This document shows positions 39,470 through 52,039 of a DNA stretch of 64,000 nucleotides, one piece after another. Origin of the DNA: Chiloscyllium plagiosum (Eukaryota); contig NC_057711.1 in assembly GCF_004010195.1 (NCBI RefSeq), positions 69,853,586 through 69,917,585 of the forward strand. Direction: 5' to 3'. Position numbers and translations under genes: made by a program. The stretch's first letter is position 1. Each line of letters starts with the position of its first letter. Below the pieces are notes generated by a model. The model saw only the letters and a list, made by a program, of their open reading frames with translations, was not told where the DNA came from and searched no databases.

Positions 39470-40745
39470 GATCAAACTATTGGGATTAAAGGCCTTCAAG
39501 TCTCAGTACCTGATGGCCTATGTACGAGAATTTCAAGGAATTGAAAGTAGAGATACTGGATGCTTTGGTTATAATATTCCAAAGTTCTCTGAATTCTGGA
39601 ATGGTTCCAATGGATTGTAAAAACGCTAATGTATTTATTCAAAAAGGGAGACCGAAAGTAGGAAAATGTAGACCAATTAATTTGATCACTGTCTTTGGGA
39701 AATTTTTGGAGTCCATTATTAAGGAAGCAATCATGGGACATTTGGAAAGTCAAAACTCAGCCATCAGTCAGATAGATCATGTTTGACTGATATGCTAGAG
39801 TTTTTCAAGGATGTAAAAAGCAAAGTGGATATAAGCTAAGTAGATGTAGTATATCTGGACATTCAGAAGGCATTTGAAAAGGTATCACATAAATACACTA
39901 GACAAGATGTCACAGAGTTAGGAGTAATATATTATTAGTTTAGATAAAGGATTGGCTAACCGACAAACAGCAGAGAGTCCGGATAAAAGAGTTTTGTTTA
40001 GTTGATGAGCTATAACTAGTGGGGTTCCACAGCATTCAGGCCTCAGCCCAAATATTTGCAGTCTACCTCAATGACTTGGATGCAGGTTTGCAGATGATGG
40101 GAAAATAGGTGGGAAATTAAGTTGCAATGAGGTAATAAGAAATTTACAAATGAATATGGATAGGTTAGGTAAATGGGCTAACATTTGTGGTAGAGTTAAC
40201 ATGGATAAGTTATCAATTTTAGTGCATAGAATAAAAACACAAACTAATTGGAGAGAAACTTCAGTGTGTTTCAGTGCAGACGGATTTGGGTACATGAATC
40301 ACAAAAAACTAGTCGGAAGGTACAGCAGATAATAAGGAGAACAAAAGAAATTTTGGTTTTTATTGGTAAAGGAGTAGAGCATAAAAATAGGGAAGCGTTT
40401 TTGCAACAGTACAAATCACATCTGGAATACTGCAAACAGCTTAGGTCCCCTTACTTGAGGAGGGATGTAAATGCATTGGAGGGCTTTTGGAGAAGATTGA
40501 CTGACTAGATTAACTCCAGAGATGAAAGGTTTGTCTTATGTGGAGATGTTGAGCAGTATAGGCATATACTTGCTAAATTTTAGAAGAATGAAAGGAGATC
40601 TAATTGAGGGCAAAAAGTACTAAAGGGAATTGACAAAATAGATGTAAAGTGAATGTTTCCCTTTGAGGGGCAATTTAGAATGAGAACTCAGTTTTAGGCT
40701 AAGGGGTGACAGATTTACAACGGAAATGGGGCGAAATTACTTCAA
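39470..40745 (+). mobile_element. Old CR1 ORF2/RT fragment (outer layer of the nest; continues at 46213-46430)
   Basis: ORF 39520-39786 (IIFQSSLNSGMVPMDCKNANV..CRPINL), a YLDIQKAFEKV motif at about 39850 and ORF 40248-40508. Confidence 0.88.
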
Positions 40746-40950
40746 AGAGCAAGGAAAGGTACAGCACAGGTAGAGGCCCTTCGGCATGCACCGACATACA
40801 CCATCTTTCTAAACTAAAAACATTTTGTCTCTATGCAATCCATATCTCTTTATTCCCCGCCTAATCATGTAAGATATCTCTGAAACATTGCTATTGTATC
40901 AGCTCCTCTGGCAATGTATTCCAGACACTTACCACCCTTTCTGTATAAAA
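40746..40950 (-). mobile_element. CR1 3' end (middle layer of the nest; continues at 45501-46212)
   Basis: Tail gtacagcacaggtagaggcccttcggc; breaks at accaccctttctgtataaaa, where the younger CR1 begins. Confidence 0.75.
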
Positions 40951-43900
40951 AGAGTCAAAGAGATGTAAAGCATGGAAACAGACTCTTCGGTTCAACTCTT
41001 TCATGCTGACCAGATATCCTAACCTAATCCAGTCCCATTTGCCAGCACTTGGCCCATATCCTCTAAACCCTTCCTATTCGTAAACCCATTCAGATGCCTT
41101 GTAATTGTACCAGCCTTTGCGACTTTCTCTGGCAGCTCATTCCATACATGCACCACCAGCTGCGTGAAAAAGTTGCCCCTTAGGCCCCTTTTAAGTTTCC
41201 CCCCCTCATCCTAAACCTATGCCCTGTAGTTCTAGACTCCCTCTTCCCAGGGAAAAGACTTTGTCCCTTTACCCTATCCACACCCCTCATGATTTTATAA
41301 ACCTCCTTACAAGGTCACCCCTTAGTCTCAAACGCTCCAGGGAAAACAACCCCAGCCGATTCAGCCCCTCCCTGTAACTCAAACCCTCCAACCCTAGCAA
41401 CATCCTTGGAAATCTTTTCTGAACTCTTTCAAGTTTCACAGCATCCTTCTTACAGGAGGGAGACCAGAATTGCACACAATATTTTAAAAGTGGCCTAATC
41501 AATGTCCTGTACAACCGCAACATGACCTCCCAACTCCTATACTCAATGCTCTGACCAATAAAGGAAAGCACACCAAATGCCTTCTTCACTATCCTATCTA
41601 CCTGCGACTTTCAAGGAACTATGAACCTACACTCCAAGATCTCTTTGTTTTGCATCACTCCCGAAGACCTTACCATTAAGTGTATAAGTCCTGCTCAGAT
41701 TTGCTTTTTCAAAATGCAGTACCTCACATTTATCTAAATTAAACTCCACCTGCCACTTCTCAGCCCATTGGCCCAACTGGTCAAGATCCCGTTGTACTCT
41801 GAGGTGACCTCCTTCGCTGTCCACTACACTTCCAATTTTGGTGTCATCTGCAAACTTACTAATTATACCTCTTATTTAACATTCAAATCATTTATATAAA
41901 TGAGGAATAGCAGTGGACCCAGCACCGATCCTTGTGGCACACCACTGGTCACAGGCCTCCAGTCTAAAAGGCAAACCTCCACAACCACTCTCTGTCTTCT
42001 ACCTTCGAGCCAGTTCTGCCTCTAAATGGCTAGTTCTCCCTGTATTTAATGAGATCTAACTTTGCTAACTGGTCTACCCTGAGGAACCTTGTCGAAAGTC
42101 TTACTGTAGTCCAAATAGATCACGTCCCCTGCTCTGCCCTCATCAATCATCTTTGTTATTTATACAAAAATCTCAATGAAGTTTGTGAGACATGATTTTC
42201 TATGCACAAAGCCATATTGACCATCCCTAATCAGTCCTTGCCTTTCCAAATACATATAAATCCTGTCTGTTAGGATTCCCTCCAACAACTTGCCCACCAC
42301 CGATGTCAGATTCACCAGTGTATAGTTCCCTGGCTTTTCCTTACCACTTTTCTTAAATAGTGACACCACATTAAACAACCTCCAGTCTTCCAGCACCTTC
42401 CCTATGACTAGCAATAATACAAATATCTCAGCAAGGGCCCCAGCAATTAATTCTCTAGCTTCCCACAGAGTTCTAGAGTACACCTGATCAGGTCCTGGGC
42501 ATTTATCCACTTTTATGTATTTAAATCATCCAGCATCACCACCTCTGTATTATGGACACTTTTCAAGATGTCACCATTTATTTCCCCACATTCTATATCT
42601 TCCATGTCCTTCTCCACAGTAAACACTGATGCAAAATACCCGTTTAGTACCTCCCCCATTTCCTGCAGCTCCACACACAAAGGCTGCCTTGCTGATCTTT
42701 GAGGATCCCTATTCTCTCCCAAGTTATCCTTTTGTCCTTAATGTATTTGTAAAAACCCTTTGGATTCTCCTTAACTCCAAAACTATCTCATGTCCCCTTT
42801 TTGCCTTCCTGATTTCCGTCTTAAGTATGCTCCTACTGCCTTTATACTCTTCTAAGGATTGATTCGATCTATCCTATCTATACCTGACATATGCTTCCTT
42901 CTTTTTCTTAACCAAGTCCTCAATTTCTTTAGTCATCCAGCATTTCCTACACCTACCAGCCTTTCCTTTCACCCTAACAGGAATATACTGTCTCTGGACT
43001 CTTGTTATTTCAATTTTAAAGGCTTCCCATTTTCCAGTGGTCCCTTTATCTGCCTCCAATCAGCTTTTGAAAGTTCTTGCCTAATACCGTAAAAATTGCC
43101 CTTCCTCCAATTTAGAATTTCAACTTTTAGATCTAGTCGATCCTTTTCCATCATTATTTTAAAACTAATAGAATTATGGTCATTGGCCCCGAAGTGCTCC
43201 CCCACTGACACCTCAGTCACCTGCCCTGTCATAGTTCTCAAGAGTAGGTCAGGTTTTGCACCTTCTTTGTAGGTACATCCACATACTGACTCAGAAAATT
43301 TTCTTGTACACACTTAACAAATTCCTCTCCGTCTGAACCCTTAACACTATGGCAGTCCCAGTCTATGTTTGGAAAGTTAAAATCCCCTACGATAACCACC
43401 CTAGTATTCTTACAGATAACTGAGATCTCTTTACAAATTTGTTTCTCAATTTCCATGCTGATTATTGGAGGGTCTATAATACAATTTTAGTAAAGTGATC
43501 ATCCCTTTCTTATGTCTCAGTTCCACCCAAATAACTTCCCTGGATGTATTTGTGGGAATATCCTCCCTAAGTACAGTCATACTGTTATCCTTGTCAAAAA
43601 CTCCAATCCTCCTCCTCTCTTGGCACCAACACCCCCCCCCCCCCTTCTATCTTTCCTGTAGTATTTGTATCCTGGAACGTTAAGCTGCCAGTCTAATCCA
43701 TCCCTGAGCAACGTTTCTGTAATTGCTCTGGCATTTCAGTCCAATGTTCCTAACCATGCCCTGAGTTAATCTGCCTTCCCTTTAAGGCCTGTTGCATTGA
43801 AATAAATACAGCTTAATTTATAATTCCTACCTTGTTCTTTGCTTTGTCCCTGCCTGCCCTGACTGAGTGACTCACCTCCTTTTCTCAACTGTGCCAGTCT

Positions 43901-45500
43901 CAGATTGATCTCTTTCCTCACTATTTTCCAGGGTCAACCCCCCCCCACCCCCCCACCCACCTTACTAGTTTAAATCCTCCCAGGCAGCTCTAGCAAATCT
44001 CCCTGCCAGTATATTAGTCCCCCTCCAATTCAGGTGCAAACCGTCCTTCTTGTACAGGTCACTTCTACCCCAGAAGTGCTTACAATGATCCAAAAGTGAA
44101 CCCTGTTCCCCTGTACCAGCTCCTCAGCTACGCATTCATCTGCTGTATTCTTGTATTCCTACCCTCACTAGCTCATAGCACCAGGAGTAATTCAGATATT
44201 ACTACCCTTGAGGACCTCCTTTTTAAATGTCTGCATAACTTTCTATATTCTCCCTTCAGAATCTCATCCTTTTCCCTTCCTATGTCATTAATTCCAATAT
44301 TACAATAATCTCCTGCTGGTCTCTCTCCCCTGTGCGAACATTCTACCCTCTCCGTGATATCCTTGATCTTGGCACCAGGGAGGCAGCACACCATTTTGAT
44401 ATTTCACTGCCGGCCGCAGAAATGTCTGTCTTGCCTCTGACTAGAGAGTCTCCAATCATATTCCATCACTTGGAACCTGACGTACCCCTCATTACATTAG
44501 AATGCTCAGTACTGGAACTTGGCTGTTTGTGCTACATTGCCCTGAGAATCCCTCACTCCCTACATTTTCCAAAACAGCATTTTGTTTGAGATGGAGATAT
44601 CTACAGGGTACTCTGGCACTTCCTGCCTACCCCTCCTACCTTTCCTGGAGTTAACCCATCCACCTGATTGTATCTGTGGTTTTTCTCCCTTCCTATAACT
44701 GCCATCCATCCCAACCCCTAACTCCTGTAAATTCTTTATTGCCTCTAACTGCCGCTCCAATTGATCCATGTGATCTGATAGGATTTGCAACCAAAGACAC
44801 ATCCTGCAGACATAATCATCAGTAACGTAGAAGCCCTCCCTAAACTCCCACATCCGACAGGAAGAGCACATCACTCTACTAAAGGCCATCTTTGCTTCTT
44901 CACAATCTACAGACCCAGAAAATAGCACCGTCTTGTTACTCTTTAAAAAATACTGTTCCAGGCTGTTAATATTCATGGTTTAATTTTAAAAATTTAATCA
45001 GGAGACAGATCTCAATAAAACGTATAACTAAGAAAGAACCCACTCTACTCACTATTGTAGATTTACAGCAAGATTACACTTAAAAACTATGCACTTATCT
45101 GTTCCTGTGCTATGAGCTGTCCCACACAGGTTCCTCCAAGGTCAGCTGGGAATTTTGCTGTTTGTTAATTTTTCCTAGATGCACTTTGATGTCCAGAGGT
45201 ACATGAACTCAAACAGCAAATGTCAGTAACTGTGCAGATTCAACGCTGTTTCAGGCAGCAGTGTAGGTTTCTTTCTCTGACCATGTGGTCACTGCCTTTG
45301 TCTGTCTTCCTCCTTTTTAAAGTGCCATTGTTTTGATTTTTTTCCCCCAAAGTTCCAAAGCAATGCAACAGCATAAAAAACAATAATTGCTGCTCCTGGA
45401 ATTCAAGGAAATCACCTCCACCACCAAAGTACTTCTAAAAAGGAGCAGCTCTTAAAGCCACAATTTTTTCTTGTCCTCCATCTTGAATTACCCAGAACCC
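40951..45500 (-). mobile_element. Near full-length CR1 LINE (5'UTR, ORF1, ORF2 endonuclease + RT, 3'UTR), inactivated by frameshifts and stops
   Basis: Ordered minus-strand ORF pieces: 44560-44976 (CxxC..CxxC plus heptads), 44173-44394 (esterase-like), 43238-43456 (VVIVGDFNFPNIDW, APE endonuclease), 42160-42510, 41627-41824 and 41287-41589 (RT). The CR1 tail is at 40951. Confidence 0.95.
44173..44976 (-). pseudogene. CR1 ORF1 remnant: zinc finger/leucine zipper plus SGNH-type esterase domain
   Basis: MCSSCRMWE..YVCRMCLWLQILSDHMDQLERQLEAIKNL and VCCLPGAKIKDITERV..IGINDIG are typical CR1 ORF1 motifs; the frame is broken. Confidence 0.8.
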
Positions 45501-46212
45501 TTTTCTTCTTTAAACTTTCCCCCTTTATCTTAGAGTCATGTCCCTTGGTAATTGACATCTCTACTCTGGAGGAAAAAGACTCTGACTATCCATGCTATCT
45601 CTGCTTCCTCATAATTTTGTAAATTTCCGTCAGGTCGCCCCTTAGCCACCAATGTTCAAGTGAAAACAACCCAAGTTTGTCCAATCTCTCCTCATAGATA
45701 AAACCCTCCAAACTAGGGAACATCCTGCTAAATCTTTTCTGTACATTCACCAAAGCCTCCACATCTTTCTGGTGGTGTGGTGACCAGAAGTATGTGCAAT
45801 ATTTCAAATGTGGCCTAACTAAAGTTCTATGCAACATAATTTGCCAATGTTTCTACTTCATGTTCCAACCAATGAAGGCAAGCATGCCATACATCTTCTT
45901 TACCATCTTATCCACTTGTGTTGCCACTTGAAGGGAATTGTGGATCTGTCGGCCCAGATGCTTCAATATGTTAATGCTTCTAAGGGTTGTCATTTACTGT
46001 ATACCTCTCTCTGGCAATAGACTTTCCAAAATGCATCACTGTACATTTGTCCAGATTAATTTCCATCTGCTATTTCTCCGTCCAAGTCTCTAGCCTATCC
46101 ATTTCCTCTGGGATTCCTCCTCACTATCTGTCACCCCCAAGTTTACTAATCTCCTCCGATTCATTTATATATATGCTACAAACAACAGCGATCCCAACAC
46201 TGATCCCTGTGG
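45501..46212 (-). mobile_element. CR1 RT C-terminal fragment (rest of the middle layer)
   Basis: ORF 45595-45837, LHRTLVRPHLKYCTYFWSP..LRGDLTEIYKIMR. Confidence 0.88.
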
Positions 46213-46430
46213 ATAAAAGGCTTGTGAATCTGTGGAATTCGTTATCCCAGAGTGCATTGGGCACTGGGTCACTGAATAAATTTAAGGAAAAGATAAATTT
46301 CTAATTAGTGATGGGTTATGGGGAGTAAGCAGGAAAGTGGAGGTCAGGCTGAGAGGAGATTTGCCACGATTGTATTAAATAGCAGGGCAGTCTTGAAAGG
46401 CTGAATTGCCTACTGCTTCTCCTAGTTCTA
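46213..46430 (+). mobile_element. CR1 3' end (rest of the outer layer)
   Basis: RLVNLWNSLSQ..SLNKFK continues the GRNYF break at about 40740; 3'UTR ..ggctgaattgcctactgcttctcctagttcta. Confidence 0.8.
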
Positions 46431-47154
46431 TATCCTTCAGTTAAATGCGGGAGATTAGATAAAATGATACAGTCCTCTTGATACTCACTATTGGAATTCT
46501 TGTTGTTTAAAATCTTGCAAGGAAAATCAGACTTTTACTTGACTCTGAGAGTCTCAGGTTTCCAATTTTTGTCTCATTTTCCAACTAACCTGCCATTCCC
46601 CATCTCATTAAGGGCTGACACAGTTCAGCCCATTGGTACAATTAATGGTCTTGAGAGATGTTAGGTATTTTGAAATGGTTTTTAACTTGTCTCTATGTTC
46701 AGTTGTGTGAGACAGATGTACATTTTGAGAAACTGGCCAGGGAAATATGCAAGTTTACATTGAAAATGTGGAGATTATTTAAAATTGGCCTTGTCCTTTT
46801 TGAAGAAAACCTCACTTATTGCAGCTATTGTCTTCGTTCTCTCAGATGAATTTCTGACTTTAGGACTGTGGACATTGCAGCTTTTCTTCAAAGTTGGAGG
46901 ATTTCAAACTGACAGGAAAAGGTTTGGAAGGGGAAAGGTGGAGGTACCTTGACTGTTTTTGTCTACGCTCCAGAAAATGAAGTCCTTCACCACCCACAGC
47001 TGTGATCATGTCCGTGGTAGGATTGACACATGCACGTTAGTGAGATTTGCAGATGGAGGAGGGTTTCAAACAAACATTGAGGAAGATTAATAAGTGGGGC
47101 ACTCATCACAAGACCAGCTATTTACATTTCTATTAGGAACAGCAGGATATCATA

Positions 47155-47790
47155 AATCGAAACATAGAGACAAGGAGTAAGAATAGGCCATTGAGCTCTT
47201 TGAGCCCATTCTTCTTTTCAATGTGATCATAGCTGATCATCTACCTCAGTGCCATATTCCTGCTTTATCCCCATACTCCTTCTCGTGTGAAAATAACTGA
47301 AATACTGTGATATCACCTGCACCTACTGCACTTTCATGTAGATCTTAGGAGCAGGAGAGGACCATTAGGTCTCTGAGCCTGTATCACCATTTGGTGAGAT
47401 CATGGCGAAGCAGAATGTGGCTTAAAATCCATTTTCCTACCTGCCCAGCATAACAGTTGCATTCTCGATCGACATGGAAGTCATATAATTCATCATTGAA
47501 TCTCTTCAGTGACTTCGCCTGTACTGCTCTCTGAAGAAGCAAATTCAACAGGCTATACACCTTCTGAGAGCTAAAAATATCACCCACCTCTCTCCTTGAT
47601 GGGAGACCACCTATTTTCAAGATGTATCCTCTGGTTCTAGTCTCATCCCAAGAAACATCTTTCCAACATTCCTTTAAACTCCAACCTTTTTGACCTTTTT
47701 CTCGTAAAATAATCCTTTCATACCAAGAATCAGTTGTGTGAACCTTCTGTGAAATTCTAGTGCAACATTATCCTTTCTTAAATGAACAAA
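47155..47790 (-). mobile_element. Two adjacent old CR1 3' fragments
   Basis: Tails ggagtaagaataggccattgagctctttgagcc (about 47175) and ggagcaggagaggaccattagg (about 47348); ORF 47384-47620 resembles the ORF2 C-terminus. Confidence 0.7.
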
Positions 47791-49427
47791 TGTTCAACTG
47801 CTCATCCGACTGTTGCACATCTGCCCAATGGTTCATGTTATTTATTGGCACTAATTCTGAAACAAATGAAAGGTGGAGTAGGCCCTTGGGACCCAATAAT
47901 GGGCAGAAGAGTTGAGGTAGTGCACTTGTGACATTTTGTATTATGTTTAAAAAAAAAAGGAAACCTGATCACATAACGGTTTGTCAAGCATCCACATACA
48001 TATCCTGAGTGAATTACAATTTCTTTCATGAGAAGTGGCATCCATTCTCTCAAGGAGACCCTTCCTTCTCTCTCTCTCTCTCTCTCCCCTCTCTCAGCCT
48101 CAAGCATTAGATCTAGTCATCATTGAGAAAATCAAGAGCAGCATTGCACACTGTGCCAGACCTTTGTCTTTCCATTACATCTCACTCTGCAGTTGGAACG
48201 GTTTGGCACGAGTTGAGTTTTCTCCGTCAGGACAGCCAGCAGTCTCAATGATGGCTACTGTGGGAGTCTAAATGAGAGCCACACTTCAACTGACTTGTTT
48301 TTATTGCTGTACCCACAGGCTGTAAGTGGGCAGGAAGCCTCTTTCTTTAATAATTAAGAGTTCATGCACTTTAAAGTTTTTAACCAGTTTTCCAAGGAGA
48401 AGAGTTTTGACCCAAAAACAGATCTGGCTCCAGTTCCTGCTACCATGGGCAGAATAATGCAAATTAGTTTTTGAATAGATAATTGAATCCATTTTTGCTA
48501 TATTTAGAGCTACTACCGCATTTTCATGCAGAAGATTTCTCAGAATGGTTCAATCAGTCCTAAAATAATTTCAAGTTCTTAATTTGAAATGCTGATGAAA
48601 TTTATAAAACACGTACTCTGATTATAGAGAGTCAAATCTAATACTATCTACCTGTATTAAGATTTTAATGAAATAGGAGAAACCAGGAAACATTTAGTGC
48701 CACAATGATTGTGAACAATGATCCTTCTATAAAGGTACACCATGTCAACAGACCATTTGGCTCAAAAATCCACATCATCAAATAGCCCCAGTCCTATTTA
48801 CACAGAATGTTCTCCTATTCTCCTTTCTCTTAATCACCCTTACCAATAGTGGTCGACCTAGGTATTATGTTCTCTCTACAATACAGGCAGAAATTCTTTT
48901 TTTAAAAAGAGTTAGCTACAAGGGTGCTTCTTACAGCACTCACTTTATTGATGACGCCGCATTCTTCAAACTCCATATTCCCGCCTTCTCGCAATAGCCA
49001 TAGGCTTCCTTGTGTTATCATCCCAGTTGTTATTACTAGAAATGTCAGATCTCAGACTGAACTCTGACATGATAGATCATATTTTGTTTTTATTTAACGA
49101 GTTCGGCTTTCAAGGTGCAGGCTTAATTGATGTGAGAGGTTTCCCCACTAACGGACACACATGGTTTGTCTGGTGCAAGTTGACCTCATCATTATGTAAC
49201 CCTGCCCAATAAAATGTTTTAATATCTAAGTGACTTGCCATTGAAAGCTCATGCATTATCTCTGAACTGCCACCAATGCATTTATATCCTTCCTCAAACA
49301 AGGAAGCTGTAGTGGAATACTATACTCCTGATCTCGTCTCGTCTAATGCCCTTTTTAACTGATGCATAACACCTTTACTTCATGTCTACTCCAGCGTGGT
49401 AATGTGACCAAATTTTATTGAGCTCAA

Positions 49428-49760
49428 TCATAGAGGCCTACAGAAAAAGGCCCTTTAGCCCACTCAGACTATATCGGTCAAAAACAAGCTCCGAACTATT
49501 CTAATCCCATTTTCAAGAACTTAGCCCATTAACCTGTATACTTTGGCATTGCAAGTACACATCTAAATACTACTTTAATGCTCTGAGAGTTTCTGCCTGT
49601 ACCAGTCTTACAGGCAGTCGGTTCCAGATAGCCACCATCCTCTAGGTCAAAAGATTTTCCCTCACACACCTCTAAACCTCCTGCCCCTTACCTTAAATCT
49701 TTGCTCCTGGTAATGATCCCTCAAGCAAGGAAAAGCATATCCTTGCCCTCATAATTTTAT
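49428..49760 (-). mobile_element. CR1 3' fragment
   Basis: atcatagag..aggccctttagccca tail and ccctcataattttatat (reverse of the YKIMRG segment). Confidence 0.75.
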
Positions 49761-50047
49761 ATATGATTTCACCAAGTCTGTATCTAAGTTAGGAAACGCT
49801 ACGCACTCATAGTGTTCTGACTGTCCAGTTTTTTTTAATCCATTCCCAGGATTTACTGTGAAGCAGACATTTTGAATTTTATTAATACTCTTTATTTGGA
49901 ACCTTCGCCTAAACCTTCTGAATGTCTAAGTATAGCATCAAAGATTTTTACAATTCACTTGGGATATTACTCCTGAAGAAAATCACTGAGAATGCTCAGG
50001 CAGGGTATGCCTTTCTGAACCCATTTTGCCTGCAGTTAATTAAGTTC

Positions 50048-50533
50048 CTTTTTATTCATTTCTGGGATATGGATGTCACATTCTTAACTGCCTGGCAAAG
50101 GTGTTGGTGAGCTGTCTAGTTGAACTGCTGCAGTCCTTGGGTTGCAGTTGCATTCGCAGTGCTTTTAGGAAGGATGTTTCAGGATTTTGAGCTGGCAACA
50201 GTGAAAGAACAGCAATATATTCACAAATCGGTATGGTATGTGGCTTGGAGAGGAATATGAAGTGGTTGTGTTCCCACACATCTGCGGTCTTTGTTCTTGA
50301 TGTTAGAGTTCATGGGTTTGGAAGGACCTGTCTAAGGAGGCTTTGTTATGTACTGCAGTGCATTTTGTAGATGGTAGAGCCCACAGCCATCATGTGTTAG
50401 TAGTGAAAGAAGTAAATAATGAAGCTAGTGGATGGGTGACCAGTCAAGCAGACAGCTTTCTCCTGGATGGTAATGAGTTTCTGGAGTGTTGTTGCATTCA
50501 TTCAGGCATGTGGGGAGTATTCCAGTACACCCT
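50048..50533 (-). mobile_element. Second-family CR1/L2-group LINE 3' fragment, host of the HE1 insertion
   Basis: Inverted copy of the tail at 32640-32860; similar to 55643-56075. Confidence 0.7.
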
Positions 50534-50852
50534 GGCACGGTGGCACAGTGGTTAGCACTGCTGCCTCACAGCGCCAGAGACCCGGGTTCAATTCCCGCCT
50601 CAGGCGACTGTCTGTGAGGAGTTTGCACGTTCTCCCCGTGTCTGCGTGGGTTTCCTCCGGGTGCTACGGTTTCCTCCCACAGTCCAAAGATGTGCAGGTC
50701 AGGTGAATTGGCCATGTTAAATTGCCCGTAGTGTTAGGTAAGGGGTACATGTAGGGGTATGGGTGGGTTGCGCTTCGGTGGGTCGGTGTGGACTTGTTGG
50801 GCCGAAGGGCCTGTTTCCACACTGTAAGTAATCTAATCTAATCTAACCTAAA
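50534..50852 (+). mobile_element. Essentially full-length HE1-type (V-SINE) tRNA-derived SINE
   Basis: A box TGGCACAGTGG at 50541-50551, B box GGTTCAATTCC at 50585-50595, V-domain ctgcgtgggtttcctccgggtgct..ggtttcctcccacagtccaaaga, CR1-like 3' tail, (AATCT)n end and many intact CpGs. Confidence 0.93.
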
Positions 50853-50864
50853 CTCTTCACATGT

Positions 50865-51965
50865 GTCAAAGCTTGTGGATGGCACTAAGATGAGTAACCA
50901 TGATGTGCAGGTGCCAGTGTTTGACTTGGGTGGACAAAATTAAAAGTCACACAACACCAGGTTATAGTCCAACAGGTTTAATTGGAAGTACAAGCTTCTT
51001 GGTTCTTCGTCAGGTAGCTAGTCCTTGGTTTTCAGTCCTAGTTTTTTCAGTGCTCTGAAAGCTTGTACTTCCAAATAAACCTGTTGGACTATAACCTGGT
51101 GTTGTGTGACTTCTTTAACTCAGATGAGTGGCAGGGCAAAGTGTGCAGAGGATTGTGAAACTTTGCAGAGGGACATAGATAGTTTAGGTGAGTGGGTAAA
51201 AGTCTGACAGATGGAGTATAAGGATTTAATGGAAAAAAGGACTATTACTTGAATTGTAAGAAATTATAGCATGCTGCTGTGCAGAGGGACATGGGTGACC
51301 TTGTGCATGAATCACGGAAGGTTAGTCTGCAGGTGCAACAGGGAATTAAGAAGGCAAATGGAATTTTGCCTTCATTGCTAAAGGGATTGAGTTTAAAAGC
51401 AGGGAGGTTATATTGCAGTTGTACAAAGTGCTGGTGAGGCCACAAATAGTGTACTATGTTCAATGGTGATTTCCTTACTTGAGAAGGGATATACTGGCAC
51501 TGGAGGGGGTGCAGAGGAGGTTCACTAGGTTGATTCTGGAGTTGAGGAGGTTGGCTTATGAGCAGAGACTGAGTGGTCAGGGATTATATTCATTGGAATT
51601 TAGAAGAATGGGAGGGGATCTTATAGAAACGTATAAAATTATGAAGGGAATAGATAGGATAGAAGTAGAGAGGATGTCTCCACTGATGGGTGAAACTAAG
51701 ACAAGAGAGCATAGCCTTAAAATTAAAGGTAGCAGATTTAAGACTGAATTGAGAAGGAACTTCTTCACCCAAAGGTCTGTGAATCTTTGGAATTCCCTGC
51801 CCAGTGTTGATGGTTTCTCAGTAAATATTTTTACAGCTAAAATAAATAATTTTTTGAACAGTAAAGAAATTAAGGGTTGTGGTGAGAGGGCAGGTAAGTG
51901 GAGCTGAGGCCACAAAAAGATCAGCCATGATCTTACTGAGTGGAAGAGCAGGCTCAATTTGGACC
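50865..51965 (+). mobile_element. 5'-truncated CR1 LINE, interrupted at 50896-51117
   Basis: ORF 51479-51907 (RRDILALEGVQRRFTRLI..GDLIETYKIMKG..RRNFFTQRSVNLWNSLP); a decayed FADDTK motif is at about 50870-50890. Confidence 0.9.
50896..51117. mobile_element. Fold-back Penelope-like derivative (distinct family) with 12-bp TSD
   Basis: About 55-bp inverted arms (aagtcacacaacaccaggttatagtccaacaggttta..ggaagtacaagctt and its reverse complement); TSD act(a/c)agatgagt at 50884-50895 and 51118-51129. Partial cores: CTGACGAAG on the minus strand, GCTCT-GAAA-GCTT on the plus strand. Confidence 0.82.
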
Positions 51966-52039
51966 CCATTAGACCTTATTCAGCTGCTGACCCCATTACA
52001 GTCTTGGTCCAAACTGAATGTCAGTATCTAGTTAGTGCT

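Noticed and set aside
40951..45500. Active autonomous CR1
   Set aside because: ORF1 and ORF2 are broken into many frames by stops and frameshifts.
46965..47010. ENEV-containing stretch as the next SNX24 exon
   Set aside because: The following residues do not resemble ELPKLFLDFL; I found no such exon in the window.
50534..50605. tRNA gene
   Set aside because: The A/B boxes continue into the V-SINE core and LINE-like tail; this is a SINE head, not a complete tRNA.
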